From an uncultured delta proteobacterium (lineage in GTDB: Bacteria > Myxococcota_A > Polyangia > Haliangiales > Haliangiaceae): 64,000 bases of DNA. A program made the position numbers and the translations under genes. The notes under the pieces were generated by a model. That model was not told the DNA's origin and searched no databases. It saw nothing but the letters and a program-made list of their open reading frames with translations. The DNA is taken from NCBI GenBank assembly GCA_963848295.1, contig CAWKDB010000010.1, positions 2,976,001-3,040,000 of the forward strand, written 5' to 3'. Positions 56,831 to 64,000 of this stretch are shown piece by piece. The first letter of the stretch is position 1. Each line of letters starts with the position of its first letter.

Positions 56831-57376
56831 CTGTCGACGTCGACAGAGAACGTCGACCTGAACATCAACGTGAACGCCGGCCTTGACGTTGACGTCTCAT
56901 GATCGCGGCGGCGTGGCGAGCTCTGCATGCCACGAGCGAGTGCGTCTTGTCGTAGGCTTCGCAGATCAGGTGCGAGTAGTTGCGTTGGACGCGCGATACG
57001 GAAGCCGAGTTCCGCTAGTACCGGGTGCACGTTCCGCCGTACGCGGCCACTCGGTCGTTTTCGAATAGACTCAGCCGACACCCTGATCCGCGTCAGCTGC
57101 CGTCGATGTGTCGCGCACCGTCGATGCGTCGACGGTACGACCGGAGACTTCGCACACGCCATTTCGCAGCTTCGTACCAACGCCGCACCTCGTAGGCTCT
57201 GGCTTAGAGCAACCGAGAACCGCACACACAGTCGCCACTACGCCGCCCACCGTTCGCATGCGAAAGCAATTCTCGCATGCCTACCGAATCGTGAGCGGCA
57301 AGAAACGCCTGAAACAAGGAAGACGATAGGCCGTCAAGGTCGGCGTTCACGTTCACGTTCACGTTCACCTCGACGT
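56831..57376. repeat. Pair of ~40-bp imperfect inverted repeats (56850-56888 and 57332-57376) enclosing lower-GC cargo
   Basis: ACGTCGACCTGAACATCAACGTGAACGCCGGCCTTGACG versus CGTCAAGGTCGGCG(TTCACG)n..CTCGACGT. Confidence 0.72.
57071..57259 (-). CDS. Short Cys-containing lipoprotein, possibly a pseudogene fragment
   Basis: VLGC lipobox-like signal, CGVGTKLRNGVC. Confidence 0.45.
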   Translation of the reverse strand: MRTVGGVVATVCAVLGCSKPEPTRCGVGTKLRNGVCEVSGRTVDASTVRDTSTAADADQGVG

Positions 57377-57378
57377 GA

Positions 57379-58482
57379 TCACGCGCGGGTCGGCAGCAGG
57401 TCGCGCTTGACCGCGCGGACCAGGACCCACGCGAACACGAGCCCGATCACCGCGAGCGCGATCGTGATCGGCAAGACGTACCAGTACTGCGCCGGGCGCT
57501 CGTCGGTCATCACCGCGTACGCGTTGCTCGGGATGTCGCGCGCGACGTAGACGCCGATGACATCGAGCTCGGCATCGGGCAGCGTCTTGCCGTCGACGGT
57601 GAACCCGGTCGGAGGCGATGAGCGCAGCGCGCCCCACGTCGTCTCGTGATGTCGGGTGACCGGCTCGACGCGCGCGCCCCATAGCTTCGCGGCTTCGAGC
57701 TTCGACGTGATCGTCGCGACGGCGTCCGGCGCCTCGACCGAGAGGACGATCTGCATCTTGTCGGACGCGGGCTCGCCTTTCGGCGTGACATCGATGGCAG
57801 CGAGCGCGGTCAGCCAGGCGTGAACGTCGGGGTAGTGATCGTCGAACGTCGCGATCACCGTCGCGGCGTCGGGATCGACGACGTCGAACGCGACCTGGTC
57901 GGCGTCGGCGACCGCCACCCGATCGCCGGTGACCGTCGTGATCGTGCCGCCGGCGAGCGCCGAGCGCACCGCGCGCGCGGTCGCGAACACCGGGCGCGGA
58001 TGGGCCGCGGCGTATTCGTCGAGCGCGTCGGAGATCGCGACCGACGACAGCTTGCGCAGGCGACCGGTGTAGCCGTTGATCTGCGGCTCGCCCCAGCCGT
58101 CGCCCGACATCACGAGCCACAGCCGATCGCCGGTGCCGCGCGCCGGAGCGACGCGCAAGCCCATGCTGCCTTTCGCCGAGGCGATGCGGACCGCATGCGC
58201 GAGCAGCGGCTCGGCATCGAGGGTGACGAATTGATCGGTCGCGACCGCGCCGGCGAGCACGTCGGATACGGTGACCTGCTTCGGGTGCTCGCTCGAACCG
58301 CCGAACCGGCGATCGGGCGCGAGTCGCCACAGAAACACCGCGCACAGGAACACGAGCCCGGCCGAGGTGATGACGCCGATCTTGGGCCGCGCTCGGGCGA
58401 GCTTGATCAGATCCGGATCGAGCGCGTTCTTCGCGATCGGCGCGCCCGGATCACGGGGCTCCTTCTGGTCCAGGTCAGCCAT
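57379..58482 (-). CDS. Hypothetical protein with N- and C-terminal TM segments
   Basis: Long ORF with two TM segments flanking a periplasmic region. Confidence 0.78.
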   Translation of the reverse strand: MADLDQKEPRDPGAPIAKNALDPDLIKLARARPKIGVITSAGLVFLCAVFLWRLAPDRRFGGSSEHPKQVTVSDVLAGAVATDQFVTLDAEPLLAHAVRIASAKGSMGLRVAPARGTGDRLWLVMSGDGWGEPQINGYTGRLRKLSSVAISDALDEYAAAHPRPVFATARAVRSALAGGTITTVTGDRVAVADADQVAFDVVDPDAATVIATFDDHYPDVHAWLTALAAIDVTPKGEPASDKMQIVLSVEAPDAVATITSKLEAAKLWGARVEPVTRHHETTWGALRSSPPTGFTVDGKTLPDAELDVIGVYVARDIPSNAYAVMTDERPAQYWYVLPITIALAVIGLVFAWVLVRAVKRDLLPTRA

Positions 58483-58553
58483 GACGGAGGCGATTTGCAT
58501 CCTACCGTCGATATCGACACCGCGCCACCCGGGTCGGTTGCGGCTAACTGGCC

Positions 58554-59897
58554 ATGTCGTTACGGTTGGCTGTGGCAACGCCGAATCTGCCGATATCGAG
58601 CCGCGAGCGCCCGCTTGCGGTGGGCGACATCGTGCGGTGGGCGGGTCGCACGGTCGACGCGCTCGGGCTGGTGTGGCTCGAGGGCGAGGTCGCGCAGGTG
58701 TCGCGACCTGCGTCCGGCCACGTGTATTTCTCGGTGCAAGATCGCGGCGCCGTGCTACCGGCGGTGATGTGGGGGCGCGACGCGACCCGCATGCGGTTCA
58801 AGATCGAAGCGGGACAGCGGCTGCGCGTCCGCGGCCGGCTCGGGGTCTACGAGCGCGACGGCAAGCTGCAGCTGTACGCAGATTTCGCCGAGCCCGCGGG
58901 CGCCGGCGCCGAGGCCGCCGCGCTCGAAGCGTTGAAGCAGAGGCTCGCGGCCGAAGGCATGTTCGCGCTCGACAAGAAGCGCAAGCTGCCGCGGTTTCCG
59001 CGCTGGATCGGCGTGGTGACGTCGAAGCACGGCGCTGCGGTGCACGACATCATCCGCACGGTCCAGCGCCGGTTCGCGACGCCGATCCTGATCGCCGATT
59101 GCGCGGTGCAGGGGCCGACCGCGCCGGCCCAGATCGTCAACGGGCTCGCGATGGTGGTGCGCGCCGGGGTCGACGTCGTGATCGTCGGTCGCGGGGGCGG
59201 CGCGGCGAACGACCTGTCGGCGTTCAACCACGAGCGCGTCGTGCGCACGATCTCGCGTTGCCCGGTGCCGGTGATCAGCGCGGTCGGTCACGAAGTCGAT
59301 CTGTCGCTCGCCGATCTCGCGGCCGATGCTCGCGCGTCGACGCCGACCGCGGCGGCCGAGCTGTGCGTGCCCGACGGCATCGCGCTCGGCGAGATGCTCG
59401 GTAAAGAGCGTCGCCGCCTCGATCGCGAGATCCGCCACGTGATCTCGCGCGCGCACCAAGATCTCGATCGCGGCACGATGACGCTGCACGCTCGCGGCGA
59501 ACGCGCGCTCGCGGCGACGCGCATGCAGCTCCAGACGCTGCAGCATCGACTCGCCGCCTTGCATCCGCGCGCGCAGCTCGCCCGCGGTCGGCGCGACTAC
59601 GACGCGCTCGTTGCTCGCCGCGACACCGCGATCCGCCAGCTGTTGGAGGCGCGGCGTTCGGAGCTCGGCCAGCTCGGCGCCCAGCTCGCGGCGATGTCGC
59701 CGCTCGCGGTGCTCGATCGCGGCTATGCGGTCGTTCATCGCGGTGACGCGGTCGTGCGCTCGGCCGACGAGGTCGGCGCCGGCGATCGGCTGCGCGTCCG
59801 GCTCGCCCGCGGCGAGCTCGCGGTCGTGGTCGACGGTGCGGGCGAGGCCGCCGCCGGAGGGCCGCGCGGTTCGATCGACGGAGAGCGCGAGCCGTGA
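58554..59897 (+). CDS. xseA: Exodeoxyribonuclease VII large subunit
   Basis: VWLEGEV, SGHVYF, IGVVTS..GAAVHDI, GRGGG..DL..FN, SAVGHEVD, STPTAAAE. Confidence 0.96.
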   Translation: MSLRLAVATPNLPISSRERPLAVGDIVRWAGRTVDALGLVWLEGEVAQVSRPASGHVYFSVQDRGAVLPAVMWGRDATRMRFKIEAGQRLRVRGRLGVYERDGKLQLYADFAEPAGAGAEAAALEALKQRLAAEGMFALDKKRKLPRFPRWIGVVTSKHGAAVHDIIRTVQRRFATPILIADCAVQGPTAPAQIVNGLAMVVRAGVDVVIVGRGGGAANDLSAFNHERVVRTISRCPVPVISAVGHEVDLSLADLAADARASTPTAAAELCVPDGIALGEMLGKERRRLDREIRHVISRAHQDLDRGTMTLHARGERALAATRMQLQTLQHRLAALHPRAQLARGRRDYDALVARRDTAIRQLLEARRSELGQLGAQLAAMSPLAVLDRGYAVVHRGDAVVRSADEVGAGDRLRVRLARGELAVVVDGAGEAAAGGPRGSIDGEREP

Positions 59898-61087
59898 CCG
59901 CCGGCAAGTCGAAACGACCGGGTACGCGCGGTGATCCGACGAGCTCGGGCAAGACGCCGAGGCCGCGGTTGAAGCCACCGGCGCCACCGAGCGCCCGGCG
60001 CGCCGAGTTGCCGCGACCGTCGCGGGTAGCCATCGACGCGCAGTCGACGCCGCCACCGCCACCACCGCGCACGATTCCGCCGCCGGCACCGGGCTCGCCG
60101 CTCGCGGTCGCAGCGGCGCGGCACGAGATCACCGACGACGCGGTCGTCGAGACCACCGAGCTGGCCGACGTGCCGCAGCTGCGCGTCGCGGTGTTCGAAG
60201 ATGAGGGCTTTCTCGAGACCGCGCAGGATGCGGTGATCGCCGCTGGCCACATCGTCGCGGGCGGCGGCTGCGGCGACTCCGGGCGGGCGCGCATCGTCGA
60301 GCTCGTCCATCGCGGCGGCATCGACGCGGTCGTCGTCGGCTTGCCCGGCGGCGAGGCCGTGATCGACGCCGCGCTCGCACTCGAGCCGCGCCGGCCGGTC
60401 GCGATCGCGGCGCTGTCATCGGAGATCGTCACGGCGGCCCGCCGGGCGATCGCCGCGGGCGCCGATCTGGTCACCCGCCGGCCGCACGGCGTAGGCTCGC
60501 TCGCGCCGATGTTGCTCGCCGCCGCCCGGTTGCACGTCGAACGCCGCGCCGCGCTCAGCGCCCGCGGCAGCGAAGCGGTGTTGCGCGCCCGGCTCGAGCA
60601 GATCGCGCATGGCGATCCGCGTGGCTTGGCGTCGTTCGAGCTGTTCCAGCGCGAGCTCGAGCGCGAGATCAAGCGCGCGAAGCGCTACGGCTACGCGTTG
60701 TCGGTCGCGCTATTTGCGGTCGAGATCCCACCACCGCCGCCGCCGGCGGGCATTCGCGGCATCTTGCGTGCGCGCGCCGGCAACGCGATCGTCCATTCGA
60801 TTCGCGACATCGATCTCGCGACCGAGCTCGACCACGAGCGCTACCTCGTGCTCTTGCCGTACACCGATCTGAGCGGCGCCGCGGAGGTCGCACAGCGCAT
60901 CCTCGCGACCGTCGCGGCGGGCGAGCCCGTGGTCGCCGCCGGTCGCTCGTTCCCGCCCAGGGTCGTCGGTGCGGTCGCCGGTGCTCGCGCGGATCAGCCG
61001 CTGAGCTTCGCGCGCCTCATGAAAGACGCGACGCGAGCACTCGATCAGGCGCGACGCGATGGCGCGGAGCTCGCGGTGCAGCCATGA
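59894..61087 (+). CDS. Pseudo-receiver plus degenerate GGDEF domain protein
   Basis: LEREIKRAKRY..LSVALF; RDID-LATEL-DHERY-LVLLPYT in place of RxxD-x5-GGDEF. Confidence 0.75.
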   Translation: MTAGKSKRPGTRGDPTSSGKTPRPRLKPPAPPSARRAELPRPSRVAIDAQSTPPPPPPRTIPPPAPGSPLAVAAARHEITDDAVVETTELADVPQLRVAVFEDEGFLETAQDAVIAAGHIVAGGGCGDSGRARIVELVHRGGIDAVVVGLPGGEAVIDAALALEPRRPVAIAALSSEIVTAARRAIAAGADLVTRRPHGVGSLAPMLLAAARLHVERRAALSARGSEAVLRARLEQIAHGDPRGLASFELFQRELEREIKRAKRYGYALSVALFAVEIPPPPPPAGIRGILRARAGNAIVHSIRDIDLATELDHERYLVLLPYTDLSGAAEVAQRILATVAAGEPVVAAGRSFPPRVVGAVAGARADQPLSFARLMKDATRALDQARRDGAELAVQP

Positions 61088-61899
61088 CCACGCACATCCA
61101 CGGCACGACGCGGGTGGCTGCGGTCATCGGTTGGCCGGTCGAGCACTCGCGCAGCCCCGAGATGTTGAACGCGGCGTTCTCGGACACCGGCATCGACGCC
61201 GTGCTCGTGCCGATCGGCGTGCCGCCGGCATCACTCTCCGTCGCGATCGCCGGCCTGCGCGTACAGCGGTTCCTCGGCGCGAGCATCACCGCTCCGCACA
61301 AGCTCGCCGCCGCCGAGCTGTGCGACGAGCTCTCGCCGGCCGCGAAGGCGATCGGCGCCGCGAACTGCTTGGTCCTGGCGGGCGACAAGCTCGTCGGCCA
61401 CAACACCGACGCCGACGGCTTCGCCGATGCACTGGCCGCCGCCGGCTTCGATCATCGCGGCAAGCGCGTCGTCATCATCGGAGCCGGAGGAGCCGCACGC
61501 GCGGTCGAGTACGGCTTGCGCGGTGCCGCCGCGATCGACGTCGTCGCGCGCCGGCACACCGAGATCACGTGGACCCGCGCGCGCCCGATCGCCGGCATCG
61601 CCGACGACTTCGCAAACGCCGATCTCGTCGTCGACTGCACGCCGACCGGGCTCGATGACCGCGAGGACGTCGCGTTCGCGGGGTCACTCCCGCTCGATCG
61701 ACTGCGCCAATCCGCGTGGGTGGCGACGCTCGTCTATCACCGCCGCCCGGCGTTGTTGAGTCATGCCGCGGCGCGCGGTCACCAGGTCATCGACGGTCGC
61801 GCGATGCTCGTGCATCAGGGCGCGCGCGCCTTTACGATCTGGACCGGGGTCGCCGCTCCGATCGATAGGATGAGCGACGCCCTCGCGCGCGGTCTGTGA
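61084..61899 (+). CDS. aroE: Shikimate dehydrogenase
   Basis: GWPVEHSRSP, TAPHK, GAANC, NTD, GAGGAARA, MLVHQG. Confidence 0.95.
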   Translation: MTTHIHGTTRVAAVIGWPVEHSRSPEMLNAAFSDTGIDAVLVPIGVPPASLSVAIAGLRVQRFLGASITAPHKLAAAELCDELSPAAKAIGAANCLVLAGDKLVGHNTDADGFADALAAAGFDHRGKRVVIIGAGGAARAVEYGLRGAAAIDVVARRHTEITWTRARPIAGIADDFANADLVVDCTPTGLDDREDVAFAGSLPLDRLRQSAWVATLVYHRRPALLSHAAARGHQVIDGRAMLVHQGARAFTIWTGVAAPIDRMSDALARGL

Positions 61900-61985
61900 A
61901 GACAGCGTGAAGCGGCAAAACCTGGCCCGCCTCGCGACGTACTAAGGGAACACCGCATGCAACGCTTGGGCGTGCACGTGGTCGC

Positions 61986-62735
61986 ATGAGGTCGAACATG
62001 AGGAACTTCCGTCGGTTCCACGGCGCTGTGGTCGCGAGCATGTTGCTCGGAGTCACAGGGCCCCATGTCGGATGGGCCGATTCCGACCGCAGCCTGGACG
62101 ACGTCGTCCCGACCGCACCGAAATCCGACAATGGCCTGACGGCAAGGGTTGGCACCGCTGCCGGCCTCGTCTACGGCGCGCCGGCCAACGTCACCGCGCT
62201 CGGCCTCACCGCCGCGATCGGCCAGCGCTTCGGCCGGCTCGCGATCGAAGCCGAGTACACGTACTTATCGTTCCAGCAACAGGCGACCTATACCACTCCG
62301 TTCGGGGTCGAATCCGGCGACATCGGCGTCGGCGATGGCAACCGTCTCGATCTCATGGCGCGGTTTGATCTGCTGCGCTTCGGTCCGCGCGTCGATCGCT
62401 CGAGCCGATCGCTGTTCACGATCTACGTCGAGGGCGGCGCCGGCATCGCGATCGACCACTGGGACAAGCCGGCAAGCGACGAGATGGATCGCGTCGTGCC
62501 CGACAACTCGAAACGCGTCGAGGGCCAAGGCGGCTTCGGCTTGATGATCTTCCCGCATCGCGTCGCGTGGCTGATCGGGTGGCGGTTCGCGGTGTCGCCG
62601 CACGAAGACGCGATGGGCTCGATCTGTCGCGGCGCCGGCGTGTGTCGCTCGGTCGTGATGAACGACGCCAGCGGGACCGGCTCGTTCATCGATCGCTCGA
62701 TGCTGTTCCAGTCGAGCCTCGAGTTCACGTTCTGA
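61986..62735 (+). CDS. Hypothetical outer-membrane beta-barrel-like protein
   Basis: Signal peptide, alternating beta-strand pattern, terminal Phe. Confidence 0.7.
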   Translation: MRSNMRNFRRFHGAVVASMLLGVTGPHVGWADSDRSLDDVVPTAPKSDNGLTARVGTAAGLVYGAPANVTALGLTAAIGQRFGRLAIEAEYTYLSFQQQATYTTPFGVESGDIGVGDGNRLDLMARFDLLRFGPRVDRSSRSLFTIYVEGGAGIAIDHWDKPASDEMDRVVPDNSKRVEGQGGFGLMIFPHRVAWLIGWRFAVSPHEDAMGSICRGAGVCRSVVMNDASGTGSFIDRSMLFQSSLEFTF

Positions 62736-62780
62736 CCCCTTCGACCGGCCTCGCGTCGTGGGTTGTGTTACGACCTGCCC

Positions 62781-63098
62781 ATGCGAGCACTCCTGGCTTC
62801 GATCGCGTTCCTCGTCGCGTGCGGCGGCCCCAAGCACAAAGACACCACGATCGTTAACGAAGGCTCGGACGTTCCTCAGAACTGCTGCTGCAAGACCAAT
62901 CCGCCTTCGAGTGAAGACGGCAAACCGGTCTACGCGATGGCGAATCGAATGGAGTGTTCGACCGAACAAGGCGCGTGCGTTGACAACGTGCAGTGCAACG
63001 CGAGCATGAACAAGGACGAGCCGCCGTCGAGCACCGGCGTGCCACCACCGCCGGGCGCTGGCGCCTCGGATCCGACCGCAGCGCCGATTCCGCGCTGA
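62781..63098 (+). CDS. Small Cys-rich lipoprotein
   Basis: LVAC lipobox, CCC motif and three more Cys. Confidence 0.75.
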   Translation: MRALLASIAFLVACGGPKHKDTTIVNEGSDVPQNCCCKTNPPSSEDGKPVYAMANRMECSTEQGACVDNVQCNASMNKDEPPSSTGVPPPPGAGASDPTAAPIPR

Positions 63099-63212
63099 TC
63101 CTCGCGCGACTGTCGCAGTCGAGGTTTCCAAACATCAGACTGTCACGCGCGGTGGCCTCGCCGCGTCTGGAATTCGCTTGCCGGCGCGGGCGAGAAAGCC
63201 AATGCTGAAGTC

Positions 63213-63836
63213 ATGAGGATGCTCGCGGCGTTTGCGATCGTGGCGGCGACCGGCGGCGTGGCCTCCGCCGAGCCCATACTCGGATTCGGCCTCGCGTACG
63301 GCGTCGGCGATACCCAAGCGCCGGCTCAACACGAGATCGGACCGATGGTGTCGTTGACCGAACGCCTCGGCGCGTTCTCGGGTGTCTTCGACTACACGTA
63401 CCTGAGCTTTCTCGACATGGACACGACCGCGAGCGGAGTCCATCGGCTCAGCGCGAGCCTTCGCTTCGACGTGTATCGCGCGCGCCGCAATCGCTGCACG
63501 ATCGGGCTCGCGTGTACGCGCGAGCATTCGATGTACGTCGATGCCGGCGTCGGCGAGCGCATCGGCCGCTGGTACCTCGACTACAACCATCGATCGCCCG
63601 GACCGGATCCGCATCCGGAAGCGCACGTCGGCCTCGGCTTCGAGTTCGACAGCGCGGTGCATCCGCGCCGGATGGGCGGTCAACTCGGGATCCGCCTCGC
63701 GTTCTCGCCGCACGACGCGACCGAAGTCCCATCGTGCCGCTCCTCGCCGGGCACGACCTGTGGCACGAGCTCGACCGGCGGCGGCGGGATCGACCGCGCG
63801 ATCTTCATCGAGTGGACGTTCCTCATCGGGCTCTAG
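63213..63836 (+). CDS. Hypothetical outer-membrane beta-barrel-like protein (paralog of 61986-62735)
   Basis: Shared YTYLSF, RL..RFD, SPH....CR and IDR motifs. Confidence 0.7.
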   Translation: MRMLAAFAIVAATGGVASAEPILGFGLAYGVGDTQAPAQHEIGPMVSLTERLGAFSGVFDYTYLSFLDMDTTASGVHRLSASLRFDVYRARRNRCTIGLACTREHSMYVDAGVGERIGRWYLDYNHRSPGPDPHPEAHVGLGFEFDSAVHPRRMGGQLGIRLAFSPHDATEVPSCRSSPGTTCGTSSTGGGGIDRAIFIEWTFLIGL

Positions 63837-64000
63837 ACCGATCTAGACCCAATGCCGAGCCTGTTGGTGGGCTGTTCGTTTGTGACCGACCGCGCTCGAA
63901 GTGTCCGGCGCGCCCGGTCGCTCACAATCCGAACAGCCCCTGACGCCACGATGGTTGGTTCCATGGATCGATTTGAATGATCGACGAATGGAAGACGACG

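Overview
High-GC core-genome window from a myxobacterium (Myxococcota, inferred from mglBA, TPR and kinase-WD40 proteins and gene order; lower rank not determinable). Housekeeping content: selB (cut by the left edge, absent from the ORF track), serS followed by all four tRNA-Ser isoacceptors, tRNA-Arg(ACG), tadA and SRP RNA, then dnaX-ybaB-recR-mglB-mglA, and further on slt, an acyl-CoA dehydrogenase, thiD, queD, rne/rng, murI, grxC, cysS, xseA and aroE. There are also two ECF sigma/anti-sigma pairs, a sigma-54 activator and two tandem Ser/Thr kinases. No transposase, integrase, cas or phage genes were seen. Best hidden signals: (1) an AhpD-like selenoprotein split by an in-frame UGA (C-F-Y-U-T-S-C-H) with a SECIS-like hairpin directly behind it; (2) a dispersed ~28-bp repeat family (15 copies, 6 loci) that sits just after stop codons and forms direct pairs at a 72-75 bp period around unique spacers; (3) a silent, partly inverted alternative C-terminal module behind a secreted Cys-rich protein gene; (4) an orphan RiPP-like precursor; (5) tadA sandwiched between tRNAs, including its own substrate; (6) a candidate three-hairpin sRNA upstream of rne/rng; (7) hexamer-periodic inverted-repeat elements. 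Two genes carry frameshifts that may be consensus errors. All calls are by eye; no searches were run.
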